Positions 11,587 through 22,452 of a DNA stretch of 64,000 bases are shown here, piece by piece. A program made the translations under genes and the position numbers. Below the pieces are notes generated by a model that was not told the DNA's origin, made no database searches, and worked only from the letters and a program-made list of their open reading frames with translations. Each line of letters starts with the position of its first letter. The stretch's first letter is position 1. The stretch is from an uncultured Gemmatimonadales bacterium (lineage in GTDB: Bacteria; Gemmatimonadota; Gemmatimonadetes; Gemmatimonadales; GWC2-71-9). The stretch is taken from the NCBI GenBank assembly GCA_963821525.1, contig CAWGED010000008.1, forward strand, positions 128,001 through 192,000, read 5' to 3'.

Positions 11587-11715
11587 GGCGGAATGGCGGA
11601 ATGGCGGAATGGCGGAATGGCGGAATGGCGGAATGGCGGAATGGAGCGAGGTGAAACCGCAGAAGTTCTGCGTCAACCCATTCGTTCATTCCGCCATTCG
11701 TTCATTCCTCAATTC
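11587..11715. repeat. (GGCGGAAT)7 octamer tract with downstream inverted degenerate (CATTCSKY)n arm
   Basis: 7 perfect units 11587-11642; cattcgtt cattccgc cattcgtt cattcctc at 11679-11710. Confidence 0.9.
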
Positions 11716-12233
11716 ACTTCGCCATCGCCTCTTCCCCGTTATACGCCCGCTCCAGCGCAGCGATATCGAGCTTCTTCATTTCCATCATCGCCGCCATGGC
11801 GCGCTGCGACTTCTCGGAATTCGGATCGCCGACCATGGCCGGCAGGATGCTCGGCACCACCTGCCATGACAGCACCAAACTTGTCCTTGAGCCAGCCGCA
11901 TACCTGGGCGCTCGGGATCCCCGCCGACAGTCAACTTCTCCCAGTAGTAGTCCACTTCCGTCTGCGTCCTTGCATATGATCTGGAACGAGACGGCCTCAT
12001 TGAACTTGAACTACTGGGCCACCGTTGAGTGCGGTGAACGGTTGTCCGTCGAGCTCGAACGCCACGGTCAGCACCGATCCGGGCGGCCGCTTGTGAGTCT
12101 CACGTCCGGCTTCTCCGTAGCGGGTGATCTCGCCGATTTTCGAATTCTTGAAGATGCCGGTGTAGTACTTCGCCGCCTCTTCAGCCTGATTGTCGAACCA
12201 GAGGCAGGGTTGGATTCTTTTCGTGGTTGCCAT
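11714..12233 (-). CDS. VOC/PhnB-like (3-demethylubiquinone methyltransferase family) protein, frameshifted
   Basis: IQPCLWFDNQAEEAAKYY...FTALNGGP...EVDYYWEKL...CGWLKDKFG...MKKLDIAAL. Confidence 0.85.
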
Positions 12234-12284
12234 TGGTGAGTCTCCTCCTATGGGTTCAGACCTGAGGTGAGCGAATCAGTCCTG

Positions 12285-12548
12285 TCAGCTCGCCATCAAG
12301 CCGCTGTCTACGTCATGACATCGAGCGAGCCGATGCTCGCGTACCCGCAAGTGCGCCACGTCCAGGTCGTCAATGGTCAGCCGATCAATTGAGTCGTGGA
12401 CCAGGGCCATTCGCCGGATGGTGAGACGCCCGATGGCCAAGACACCGATCGCAAGCGCCCCTCCCGCAACGAAACCAAGCGCAACCGCAATTCCGGTGAC
12501 TTGGCCATGCGATCCGGCCGCAAGGCGGCGAATTCTGATGTGTTTCAT
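12285..12548 (-). CDS. Small hypothetical membrane protein
   Basis: GALAIGVLAIGRLTIRR...LTIDDLDV..LRV repeat-like pattern. Confidence 0.5.
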   Translation of the reverse strand: MKHIRIRRLAAGSHGQVTGIAVALGFVAGGALAIGVLAIGRLTIRRMALVHDSIDRLTIDDLDVAHLRVREHRLARCHDVDSGLMAS

Positions 12549-12813
12549 CGACAGGACCTCATCTGCTTCGGTCGAACGCCCCGATTGAAACATGGCGGAA
12601 GTGCCATCCTGGACGTACTCCCAGCCAGGGGAAACGCCCCCCGGATTAAGGCTAACCCTTCGTGCCGGTGATTTCGACCATCTGCCGATCGAAGATGGAA
12701 TCCGGGCGCGGGAGCCGGCCTTGGACGAAGGTCGAGTCGAGGATCGACTGGCCGGCATGTTCTTGGAGTGGAGCGCGCTCGTCGACGAGCGAGAAATCGG
12801 CTGAAGTGCCGTG

Positions 12814-15488
12814 CTACTTCCCCGCCACCAGCCGCTCGAAGCGCGGGTTGCCCTTGAGCGGCGCGAAGTCGGGATCGATCCGGAGCCACCCGGGAGAGAG
12901 ATAGTACGGCATCTTGAGCAACGGCTCCAACAGGTCCAGTGCCTGCTCGGGTTCGCCCGCGAGCAGATAGATCCGCACCAGCTGGTGTTGGTTGTAGGCG
13001 CCAGCTGTAGGCGTCGACGCTGATCGGCAGGAGCGAGAGGCCCCGCTTTCCCTCCGCGATCGCCTCGGCCTTCCGACCGAGGTAAGCCAGGGCCAGGCCG
13101 TAGAGCACATGCTGCTGCGCATCGTCGGGCGCGGCCCGAAGATTCTTCTCGAAGCCAAGCCGCGCCGAGTCGGCATAGGCCCGCGCCTCGGCCATACGAC
13201 CACGGAGGTAATAGGTCTGCGCGTGAACGATGCCCCAGAGAGCCTGATCGTCATCGAAAGCACTCACCGGGAGTGCGAGAAGCTGCTGCTGCTGGGACTC
13301 GTCCAGTACCCAGAAGAGGTCCCAGTAGTTTCCGAAGAAGGCGAGCAGCGCCGCAGGTTCGACGGTCGCAAGGCGGCGTGCACGACACGCTCGGGCGCCG
13401 GCCAGGTCGCCCTGCGGCGAGCGCTACCTGGGCCTGCCCTCGATGATGCTGATGTTCGTGGGGGCAAGCGCGCCGGCCCGGTCCTGCGCCTCCTGCGCCT
13501 CGGGGTAGCGGCGCAGCCAGAGCAGGGTGTACCGCGGTACGCCGTGCGGTGTTGGCTGAGCGGGGGTCGAGGGCACCCGCCTTGGCAAGATGCTCGAAGC
13601 GCCGCGTCCCAACGACCGAGAGATTGCTCAACCAGCGCCGCCGCCACGAGCAGATCGACGTTGTTGGGTGCCAGCTTGAGGCCGGCTTCGGCAGCCGCGA
13701 GCGCCTGCCGGTTATCCAGCGCGCAGCCCCGTAGTAATCGCTCAAGCGCCAGCTGTCCCTCGGGCCGGTCTGGGCCGAGCGCGTGCGCGCGGTTCGCCGC
13801 ATCCTTGGCCTGGGCCGCCAGCTCGGGCGAGGGTGTGCTGTTGGTATACAGCCTCGCGTGCGCGGGACAGCTGGCTCCAGGCCGAGACGAAGCCCGAGTC
13901 GAGCGCTACCGCCTGCTCGTAGAAGCCGATGGCCCGCCGCAGGCTGGCCGGATCACTCACCGCCAGGCTCTGCGAGACGGCCTCACCTTTCAGGATAGGC
14001 ATCGTAGGCCGCGAGGTTCTCGGTCGGCTCTGGCCGCGAGCTCGTTGCGGGTACTGTCGCCCAAGGCCACATCGAGAGCACTCGCCACCTTGGTGGCGAT
14101 GTCGGCCTGCACCTGGAACACGTCGGTGAGCGACGCATCGAATGGCTGCTGCCACTTGGTCGTCGGCGCCCGTCGGGCCGACCTGGACCAGCTCGGGACT
14201 CACCCGGACGCGGCTGGCCCGCCGGCGCCCTTTTCCCAGCGCACGGTGCCGGTCAGCGAGATAGTCCGCGCCCAGTTCGCGGCGCGATCTGCTGGGGCGA
14301 CTTGGTGCTGTGCGCGGTACTCGTCCGAGCTGCCCGCGCGATGACCGCGAGCGCCGGCGACGTGGTGAGCTTCCCCCGCACCTCGTCGGTGATCCCGTCG
14401 GCGAAGTAGGCGTCGCGCCGAGTCGCCCAGGTTCTCGAACGGGCAGCACCGCGATGACGCCTCGGCCCGGCTCGCCTCGGCGCGTGCCCGTGCGCGTGCC
14501 GCCAGGCGAAGAGGAGACCGAGGCCAATGAGGATGCCGAGCATCGAGGGTGACGGCTGCGACCGGGACGGCGCGGGGTCGGGAGCGCGGTAGAGCTGGGG
14601 CGCTCGGATCCACTCGGCCGCGCGGGCGAGGCTGCCACCGTCGAGGCGCCGGTCAGGACCGGAAGTGCCTGGGCCAGCTGGCTCACCGTGCTGAACCGGT
14701 CGGCGGCCACCGGCGCCAGCGCCTTGCGGATCGCCTCGTCCACCCCGCGTCGGTACCGACGAGCGTATCGCCCGCACGCTCGGCGGCAGGCTCGGTGAGC
14801 CGCTTCACGATCAAGGCCTGGATCGTCGGCCCCGGTGAAAGGCGGCTCTCCGGCCAGCATTTCATAGAGCACCGCGGCGAGCGAATAGACGTCGGTCCGG
14901 GCATCGAGGTTGGGCTCGCCCGCCGCCTGCTCCGGACTCATGTACGCGGGGGTCCCGATCGCGAGGCCGGTCTCGGTCAGCCGCTCATCCGACGGCGCCC
15001 ACAGCCCGCGCGATGCCGAAGTCCGCGACCATGGTGTTGCCGTCGCGGGTGAGCAGGAGGTTTTCCGGCTTGATGTCGCGATGGACCACGCCATGGTCGT
15101 GGGCGTACTGGAGCCCCTGGGCTGCTTCCCGGGTGATCCGGAGCGCCTCCTCTACCGGGAGCTGCCGCTCCCGCCGCAGCCGGTCCCGCAGCGATTCGCC
15201 CTCGACGAACGGCATGGTGAACCAGAGCTGACCCGCCGCCTCGCCGGAATCGAGCACTGTGAGGATGTGGGGATGTTGCAGGCGGGCAGCGAGCTTGATC
15301 TCGCGCTGGAACCGCTCGGCGCCCAGGACCGCGGCCAGCTCGGGATGCAGCACCTTCAGGGCGACCGACCGGTCATGCTTCAGGTCGCGGGCCAGGTAGA
15401 CCGTGGCCATGCCCCCGCGCCCGAGCTCTCGCTCGAGGGCATAAGCATGAGACAGAGCCTCGGCGAGAGACTCCTTGGAAGGGGGCAT
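12814..15488 (-). CDS. Hanks-type Ser/Thr protein kinase with TM, TolB-like and TPR domains (many frameshifts)
   Basis: [49 protein letters not shown]-terminal [20 protein letters not shown]. Confidence 0.88.
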
Positions 15489-15590
15489 TGAGATAAATGT
15501 ACGTCGTCTGACGTGGCCGTGCGACTCTGGGCGGCTGGTGCCCGGGATTCAGCTCACCGGAAGCGGCGGATGATCGCCATGATCAGCGAC
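15301..15590. repeat. Direct repeat copy 1 (kinase 5' end, upstream region, 3' end of DUF2905 gene)
   Basis: Aligns with 18409-18697 with scattered substitutions. Confidence 0.9.
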
Positions 15591-18500
15591 TCATTTTGGA
15601 GGGTGAACGGCGTTCTCCGTGGACAGCCGACCCAGTGCCGCCTTCGCCTCGTCAACCAGGTACTGGTGGGAGGCGGGCGGCAGGTCATACCTCCTGAGGA
15701 ATTGCTGGTAGTGGTCGCGGGCCAGGTCGGTGCGACCCTGCGCTTCCTCGATACGTGCCAGTTCGTAGTACGCGAAGGGTGCGAACAACTGGGTGCGCGG
15801 GGATTCGTAGGAGGCCGGGATGTTGGCTTGGTGCCAGACCAACAGCTTCAAGGCGCGGCTGGTGTCGCCTTGCGCGAGCAGCAATCGTGATGCCGCCAGA
15901 TGGGTGATGGATCTGGCGTACGGGTCATGGGGACTGCTCATCTCGTCGTCCGTCGCTGACAGGTCGAGGGCCGCGAGCGACTCGGCAGCGGCTTGCCTCG
16001 CTCCCCGGAGTTCCAGCTCGAAGCCAGCGAGGGAGCGATCGAGGAAGGCTGCTTCGCGGGCCGCACTGCGCTGAACGCTCGCGCGCGCCTCCGCAAGTGC
16101 GCGCTGGTCGCGCCGGAGTACGGCGAGCATCCCGTCGGCCCAGGCGAGCTTCGCGAGTCCGTTCCTTGCGGAGGCCGAGTCGGGAGGAAGTCCAGCGAGG
16201 AACTTAACCGCCGCCGCCCTTCGCGCCGTTGCGCGCGCCGTGTCGAGCCCACCAAGCCAGGCGCCCGTTACCACAGTCTGGTAGATGACAAAGGCATGCG
16301 GTGGGCTGGCTGCAGCCCATCGGTCGGAGGCAACGAGGGCGGAGTCCCAGGCGCCACGTGCCGCCCACGCATTGGCCATGCCCTCCCAGGCCAAACCCGC
16401 GTATGAACCATGAGGATCGAGTGCCAGCAGGCGCCGGTTGAGCTCGATCTGGGCCGCCGGAAACCCATACCAATGGAGGAAAACGCTCGCCATGATGTGT
16501 TGGAGTCTGTTCTTCGCGCCCGCGATGGCCACAGCGAAGCTGTCGCGCAGTGGCACCGGAAGTTGCCCGCTGGCGGACAGCAGCAGGTGCTTGGGCAAGC
16601 TGGCATCATAGCCCAATTCCGCTGACGCCTTGGCGAAGTGTCCCAGCGCGGTCAGTGACCTGACTGCGAGCGCCGCCTGGGCTGAGTCATGGCCGAAGCT
16701 GGCATCGGCCAGGTGGTCCCACATGGGGACGAGCTTCGGGTTCGAGTCTACGGTCCGTTGCAACGCTGCCCGGACCTCGGCGTTGGTCGTGCCGATCACC
16801 GGCCCCCAGTGATGCAGGACGTCGGCGTACTTCCACCAGGCGGACCAGTCGTCGGGGAAGCGATCCGTAATGGCTCGGAACCGCGCCTGATACTCCGCTT
16901 CAGTCAGCGAGCCACCGTCTCTCTCCGCTTCGATGAGCAGCCGATCCCGCTCGCCGAAGGCCGAAAGGTGAGATTGGTATCCGCGCTGCAGGACGGAGTC
17001 CGGTCTGGCCTCGAGCACCCATCCCTGGGCCGAGTTGTATCGCCAGCCGGCAAGCCAGAAGCTTGAATCGGCCTTGATGGCGGTGGCGTAGGCCTCAATC
17101 GCCTCGGGCCAGCGCCCGGCAATAGTGAACTGCTCGCCATCGAGGAATGCGCGTAGTGATGCCACTGAACGCGTGGTGAGGTTCGCATAGCTGGGCGATG
17201 GCGGCTCGCCTCGGCGCCAGACCTGCCGCAGGATTGCCCAGGTGACCGAATCGGTGAGCACGCTGATGAAGTCCTGTGCCGCGACGACGGAGGCGCGTGC
17301 CAGCGGTTCGGCCGCGCCGCTGGTCGCAAGCAGCTTCAGGTCGAGCCGAATGTCCGGCCCCACCCGTACGATGTCTCCAACCACTACGCTCCCGGCGCCA
17401 AGGCCTTTGCCGAGCACCACGGCGTCGGTGGTGCCGCGGTCACTCGAGCCATCGACCTTCGCCAGGACCAGCCGCGGATCCGCCACCCGGATACCACCGA
17501 CACCGTCCAGGTTCGCGCTGATCGTGAGCACGAGGTCGCGTCCGAGGTGCACCAGTGCGGAGTCGGAAGTGCTGGGCAGAAACGGGAGCACCGCAATGAA
17601 CGAGGCGGAGGGCTCGACCTGTGGCCGGTGGCGCATGAAGCGCCAGCCGCCGACAAGACTGAGCGCCATTACCATGCCGGCGACGACGACCCATGCAAGC
17701 CGCCGCCTATCACGCACGCCTATCCCGGCCACCGACGCGGGGGCGGGTTGACTGAGCGCTTCCACAAACTGTGCTGCGGTGGCGAACCGATCCGCTGGCG
17801 ACCGGGCCAGCGCAGAGGCCAGCGCGCGGTCGACCGGCGCTGGCACCGTCTCCCGCACGGTGCGCACGGAAGGGACAGGCAGCGTCATCCGCTTGGCGAA
17901 GATGGCCTGCGCGGTCGGCCCGGTGTAGGGGGGCTCCCCCGCCAGCATCTCGTACAGCACGCAACCCAATGCGTAGAGATCGCTCCGGCCGTCGATCTCC
18001 CGCTCGGCCGTGGACTGCTCGGGGCTCATGTAGGCTGGTGTGCCGATGGCGAGGCCGGTCTCCGTGAGTCTTGCGCTGCCGGCGGCGTCGACTGCCCTCG
18101 CGATGCCGAAGTCGGCTACTCGCGCGTGACCGCCGGAGAGCAGGATGTTGTCCGGTTTGATGTCGCGGTGAATTACCCCCCGTGCATGCGCGTAGCCGAG
18201 CGCCTCGGCGACCTCGCGGGCGATCTGCAGCGCGTCCTCGACCGGCAGCTGCTTCTGCCGCGCCAGACGGTCGTGCAGTGATTCGCCCTCGACGAACGGC
18301 ATGACGTAGTACAGCAGCCGCCGGCCATTGTCGGTGGGAAGCTCCACCACGCCGCTGTCAAGGAGGGGCAGGATGTACGGATGGTCGAATCGGGCCGTGA
18401 TGGTGATTTCGCGCAGGAACCGCTCGGGGCCCAGTACCGCCGCCAGTTCAGGATGCAGCACCTTCAGGGCGACCGACCGGTCATGCTTCAGGTCGCGGGC

Positions 18501-18596
18501 CAGATAGACCGTGGCCATGCCCCCGCGCCCGAGCTCTCGCTCGAGCGCGTAAGTATGAGATAGAGCCTCGGCGAGAGACTCCTTGGGAAGGGGCAT
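15591..18596 (-). CDS. Hanks-type Ser/Thr protein kinase with TM, TolB-like and TPR domains
   Basis: Intact 1001-aa [26 protein letters not shown] ~300-320; TPR-like C-terminus. Confidence 0.93.
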   Translation of the reverse strand: MPLPKESLAEALSHTYALERELGRGGMATVYLARDLKHDRSVALKVLHPELAAVLGPERFLREITITARFDHPYILPLLDSGVVELPTDNGRRLLYYVMPFVEGESLHDRLARQKQLPVEDALQIAREVAEALGYAHARGVIHRDIKPDNILLSGGHARVADFGIARAVDAAGSARLTETGLAIGTPAYMSPEQSTAEREIDGRSDLYALGCVLYEMLAGEPPYTGPTAQAIFAKRMTLPVPSVRTVRETVPAPVDRALASALARSPADRFATAAQFVEALSQPAPASVAGIGVRDRRRLAWVVVAGMVMALSLVGGWRFMRHRPQVEPSASFIAVLPFLPSTSDSALVHLGRDLVLTISANLDGVGGIRVADPRLVLAKVDGSSDRGTTDAVVLGKGLGAGSVVVGDIVRVGPDIRLDLKLLATSGAAEPLARASVVAAQDFISVLTDSVTWAILRQVWRRGEPPSPSYANLTTRSVASLRAFLDGEQFTIAGRWPEAIEAYATAIKADSSFWLAGWRYNSAQGWVLEARPDSVLQRGYQSHLSAFGERDRLLIEAERDGGSLTEAEYQARFRAITDRFPDDWSAWWKYADVLHHWGPVIGTTNAEVRAALQRTVDSNPKLVPMWDHLADASFGHDSAQAALAVRSLTALGHFAKASAELGYDASLPKHLLLSASGQLPVPLRDSFAVAIAGAKNRLQHIMASVFLHWYGFPAAQIELNRRLLALDPHGSYAGLAWEGMANAWAARGAWDSALVASDRWAAASPPHAFVIYQTVVTGAWLGGLDTARATARRAAAVKFLAGLPPDSASARNGLAKLAWADGMLAVLRRDQRALAEARASVQRSAAREAAFLDRSLAGFELELRGARQAAAESLAALDLSATDDEMSSPHDPYARSITHLAASRLLLAQGDTSRALKLLVWHQANIPASYESPRTQLFAPFAYYELARIEEAQGRTDLARDHYQQFLRRYDLPPASHQYLVDEAKAALGRLSTENAVHPPK

Positions 18597-18697
18597 TGAG
18601 ATAAATGTACGCCGTCTGACGTGGCCGTGCGACTCCGGGCGGCGGTGCCCGGGATTCAGCTCACCGGAAGCGGCGGATGATTGCCATGATCAGCGAC
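18409..18697. repeat. Direct repeat copy 2
   Basis: Aligns with 15301-15590. Confidence 0.9.
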
Positions 18698-18894
18698 AAC
18701 AGGAGCGAGAGGACAACGGAGAGCAGGAGGGACGAGCCGAGCGGAATGTAGATCCGGCTGTTGGGCCGCTCGATGCGGATGTCGCCGGGAAGTTTGCCAA
18801 ACCACCGGAAGGCGCCGGCCCAGACCAGCAGGCCTGCGATGGCCAGGACCACACCAGCGGCCACGAGCATCGGTCCGACGGAAGAGCGAGGCAT
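18661..18894 (-). CDS. DUF2905-family small membrane protein
   Basis: GKLPGDIRIER...IYIPLGSSLLLSVVLSL signature. Confidence 0.85.
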   Translation of the reverse strand: MPRSSVGPMLVAAGVVLAIAGLLVWAGAFRWFGKLPGDIRIERPNSRIYIPLGSSLLLSVVLSLLLSLIMAIIRRFR

Positions 18895-18909
18895 GCTGGC
18901 CAATATAGG

Positions 18910-18943
18910 GGCAAGATCGCCATCCTTGGTATCATTCCTGCCA
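18910..18943. promoter_or_regulatory. Putative GlxA/AraC operator (copy 1)
   Basis: Reverse complement matches 20055-20088 at 29/34 nt. Confidence 0.6.
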
Positions 18944-18983
18944 ACCCATTGGTGGAAGCCGCCCTCAAGGTATTGTTGCTGCC

Positions 18984-19946
18984 ATGCGCGTGGATGTGCT
19001 TGTCCTCGACGGCGTGTTCGACCTGGGCCTGTCCGCCGTACTGGACGTCTTCGAGACGGCCAACGAGCTGATCGGAATGTCGGAGCTTGCAGTCTCACGG
19101 TTCGAAGTGAGAACCGTGGGCCTGCGGCGGACGGTCACCACCTCGCATGGCCTCCGGGTCCCAGTCCAGACGGTGGGCACCCGGAAGCCGGACTGTGTCG
19201 TGGTCCCGGCCCTCGGGGTCAAGATGCCCGATGCGCTCGAGACCGCCCTGGCTCGGCCGGACGTGAGAGAGGGCGGAGCGGTGCTCCGGCAGTGGGCCCG
19301 GCGAGGCGCGCTCATGAGCGCGGCCTGCATCGGGACCTTCGTCATGGCCGAATCAGGCCTGCTCGACCATCAGAGGGCAACCACCACATGGTGGCTGGCG
19401 CCGCTCTTCCGCAGGCGGTATCCCAGCGTGCAGCTGGACGAATCGTACATGATCGTGAAATCCGGCCGCGTCGTGACCGCGGGGGCGGCCCTGAGCCATG
19501 TGGACCTGGCGCTCTGGCTGGTGCGGGGGGTGAGTCCCCAGCTCGCCGGGCTGACCGCCCGGTACCTCATCGTCGATTCGAGACCGGCGCAGTCGGCCTA
19601 TGTCCTGACCGATCACCTCATGCACTCGGACCCCGTGGTCCAGCGGTTCGAGAGCTGGGCCCGGGCGCGACTGGCGCAGGGATTCTCCTTGGACGCCGCC
19701 GCCAAGGCCGTCGGGGCCAGCAAGCGGACCCTTGCCCGGCGGATGCAGAGCGTTCTGGGGAAGACGCCGCTGTCGTACTTCCAGAGTCTTCGGGTGGAGC
19801 GGGCAGTGCATCTGCTCAAGACCGGCACCGCGAGCGTCGACCAGGTAGCCGCGCGGGTGGGATACGCCGACGGGGCGACCCTTCGGACCCTGCTCCGGCG
19901 TCGGCTGCATCTTGGCGTGAAAGAGATCAGGAGAACTGCTCGGTAA
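18984..19946 (+). CDS. GlxA-family (DJ-1/PfpI + AraC HTH) transcriptional regulator
   Basis: ACIGTFVMAESGLLD..ATTTW; C-terminal RTLARR...TP..Y...VGYAD HTH. Confidence 0.9.
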   Translation: MRVDVLVLDGVFDLGLSAVLDVFETANELIGMSELAVSRFEVRTVGLRRTVTTSHGLRVPVQTVGTRKPDCVVVPALGVKMPDALETALARPDVREGGAVLRQWARRGALMSAACIGTFVMAESGLLDHQRATTTWWLAPLFRRRYPSVQLDESYMIVKSGRVVTAGAALSHVDLALWLVRGVSPQLAGLTARYLIVDSRPAQSAYVLTDHLMHSDPVVQRFESWARARLAQGFSLDAAAKAVGASKRTLARRMQSVLGKTPLSYFQSLRVERAVHLLKTGTASVDQVAARVGYADGATLRTLLRRRLHLGVKEIRRTAR

Positions 19947-20054
19947 AGCCCCCACCCTCCTCGGCGGGTTCAAGAAGCAGGCGCAGGACACCCCACCACA
20001 CTCGAAACACCTCGGGCGGGCTGCTCGGATGCAATCCGCTCGATGATGTTGCCC

Positions 20055-20088
20055 TGGCAAGTATGATATCAAAGATGGCGTTCTTGCC
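20055..20088. promoter_or_regulatory. Putative GlxA/AraC operator (copy 2) upstream of ABM gene
   Basis: TGGCAAGTATGATATCAAAGATGGCGTTCTTGCC, inverted relative to 18910-18943. Confidence 0.6.
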
Positions 20089-20156
20089 AATGGCATCGAT
20101 CGCGCTCCTGGCCTAGTTTCGACCTCACGATGTTCAACTCACACAGGAGACCTGAA

Positions 20157-20459
20157 ATGCTCAAGCACAGCTTATTCGTTCGCCTCGAGGCGAAGCCTGG
20201 CAAGGCCGATGAGGTTGCCGCGTTCCTCCAGCAGGGACTGCAGATGGCGAATCAGGAGACAACCACTCCACTGTGGTTCGCGCTCCGCCTCGGCCCCACG
20301 ACGTTTGCGATATTCGATTCATTCAATGATGAATCGGGGCGGCAGGCACACTTGAACGGACCGATCGCGAAGGCGCTCATGTCGCAGGCGCCGACCCTGC
20401 TCACGACTCCGCCGGTGATCGAGCGGCTCGATGTGTTGGGTGCAAAGCTTCCGAACTGA
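20157..20459 (+). CDS. Antibiotic biosynthesis monooxygenase (ABM)-family protein
   Basis: VRLEAKPGK...FAIFDSF.DE.GRQAHLNG; AGGAGA RBS. Confidence 0.85.
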   Translation: MLKHSLFVRLEAKPGKADEVAAFLQQGLQMANQETTTPLWFALRLGPTTFAIFDSFNDESGRQAHLNGPIAKALMSQAPTLLTTPPVIERLDVLGAKLPN

Positions 20460-20525
20460 TCGATCGTGGAGCCGCGCAGGAAGCATCTGCGCGGCTCCGT
20501 TCACACCGCCGCATCATGAGTACCC

Positions 20526-21476
20526 TCACTTCATTGCCTCACTTCGGAGCAGCTGCAGATTCATCTTTCCGAAGCTGAGATCATCGAGTTTGGCCATGCC
20601 CTGGCGCACGGGCCAGCGCTCGGACTTGCTGATCCAGAAGAAGAAGCCGAGTCCCGGATTGAATCGACCACGCCCGCGGTGAAGGCTGACCTTCCAACAG
20701 GTGAAGCGCCCAGCAGGGACCTCAATCACCTCCTCGCCATGAATCCGCAGGTTCACCCAGAACCGGACTGCCACACTGTCGTCGGACGGCCTGGTGATGG
20801 GGACGCTGATCGCTGAGTCGGCGGAAAGGTCTGCGGCCTGGAGCACCGCCAAGATAAGGGGCGGCAGCGGCTGCCATCGCTCCTCGACAGCAGGGGCGTG
20901 ATACGCCAGGAGCTCGAGACCATCCCGCGTCACCCAAGTCGAGTCGGTAAAGAACGGCGGATTGTCCTTGACCTGCTTGCCGGCCAGCAGCAACCAAGCC
21001 GGCGCCCCCGCGTATTCCGAGGGCTCGACCGAATAGACGAACAGGGTGTCCCCCGGGTGCGTGGCGGCGTCCGGTTCTGCGCTGTAGGTCCACCGTCCGG
21101 GGCGCAGCCTGAGGCCCTTGGCTGCTTCCATAGTCGCAAAACTCGGGGAGCCGGAGACTTGTGCCGCTAATGGTTCTGCTGCAAAGACGGATGGCGCAGC
21201 GAGCGTACGTGTCCCGACGGTGCCCGAAGGACGAGTAGCCAGCCGCGGTGCGATGAAGAACAGCAGCAGGGCCGCCGCGACCGCGACCGCCGACACGCGG
21301 GCGATCCATCGAATCGTCATCCGACCTCGGCCTGCGGCCGGACCTGACATTATGACCCGCTCGCCGCGCCGCCGCCGCTCAAGGATCAGCTCCAGCTGCC
21401 GCTGAGATGGGACGGGAGCCTCCAGCAGTCCCGCGACATGGCGGATCCGGCGTTCGAGCTCCTGATCAGTCAGCAT
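20526..21476 (-). CDS. Putative membrane-anchored anti-sigma factor
   Basis: Overlaps stop of ECF sigma; short cytoplasmic N-terminus, one TM, C-terminal EEVIEVPAGRFTCWKV. Confidence 0.65.
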   Translation of the reverse strand: MLTDQELERRIRHVAGLLEAPVPSQRQLELILERRRRGERVIMSGPAAGRGRMTIRWIARVSAVAVAAALLLFFIAPRLATRPSGTVGTRTLAAPSVFAAEPLAAQVSGSPSFATMEAAKGLRLRPGRWTYSAEPDAATHPGDTLFVYSVEPSEYAGAPAWLLLAGKQVKDNPPFFTDSTWVTRDGLELLAYHAPAVEERWQPLPPLILAVLQAADLSADSAISVPITRPSDDSVAVRFWVNLRIHGEEVIEVPAGRFTCWKVSLHRGRGRFNPGLGFFFWISKSERWPVRQGMAKLDDLSFGKMNLQLLRSEAMK

Positions 21477-22027
21477 GATGCCTCCAATACCTGGCGGAGC
21501 CGCTGGAGCGCGCGGTGGAAGCGCACCTCCGAACTGTTGCGGCGGATGCCCAGCAGTTCCGCGATTTCATCGTGTGAGTAGCCCTCGATGGCCTTGAGAA
21601 CCACCACGACTCGCTGGTCCTCAGGTAACTGCATCAGGGCGAGTGCCAGATCCGCCTGGTCTCCGGAGCATCCGGCCGGGAACGCAGAAAGCGTCGATGC
21701 CTCGTGGAAATCGGCTTCCCGCCGCCGCCTTTCCGCCCGGAGCCGCATCAGGACGAGGCGAACCAGGATCCGCCTGAGCCAGGCAGGGAACTGTCCAGAC
21801 TCCCTGTAGTGTCCCAGTGCTTCGGGTAGCCCGACGAACAGATCCTGGACGACATCCTCGGCCTCGCTCGCGCTCCCGAGCAGCCGGGCGGCGAGCGTCA
21901 ACATCGCAGCTGCGTGACGGTGGTATACCGCACTCAAGGCGTCCGGATCTCGCGCCCGGACACGGGCCACTAGGCCAGCGTCGCTTGGTGGTTCAGTCGA
22001 ATGAACGATCGAAGCGGGGAGACCCAT
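21470..22027 (-). CDS. ECF RNA polymerase sigma factor
   Basis: AEDVVQD, F.AWLRRI, LPEDQRVVVVL..IEGYSHDEIAELLG. Confidence 0.92.
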   Translation of the reverse strand: MGLPASIVHSTEPPSDAGLVARVRARDPDALSAVYHRHAAAMLTLAARLLGSASEAEDVVQDLFVGLPEALGHYRESGQFPAWLRRILVRLVLMRLRAERRRREADFHEASTLSAFPAGCSGDQADLALALMQLPEDQRVVVVLKAIEGYSHDEIAELLGIRRNSSEVRFHRALQRLRQVLEASC

Positions 22028-22452
22028 GCAGACATAATGCCGCACGTGGGCGGATTCTTACAACTGGCTGGCTGACGGACTGAGCGGACGAATACCCGTG
22101 CTTCCCAGCTCGCGCCCAAACCATGTAACGATCCGCGAGGGGGCGGACTGCAAGGTCGGTCATTTGGCTCAGCGCCTCGGTTCGCCGATGAGCCGCTGCA
22201 GTCCGGCGTGCGGCCACGTAAGGTTGCAGCTCAGGATCGGCCTGCCGCCAGGTGTCCACCACGCGCTGGAACAGATGATCCCAAGCCCCTGCTCACCCAA
22301 CCGTCGGCGAGCCGCGCCCGCTCGAGGACGGCGCTGACGAAAAAGCTGCAATGCCTACAGTTGAATTCTGAATTCTACCTCGAATAGTCCAGCTATCGAA
22401 TAATCCAGCCTAGGCGGCCAACCCCGATCACGGGGTGAACCGCTTCGACCTT

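Noticed and set aside
13109..14344. Long antisense ORFs over real genes (also 40952..42094, 58569..59660)
   Set aside because: Shadow ORFs typical of high-GC coding DNA, with no recognisable motifs
22100..22420. Integron attC-like fragments (gagccgctgcag, cccaac...ctaggcggc)
   Set aside because: No convincing paired RYYYAAC/GTTRRRY boxes and no integrase in the window
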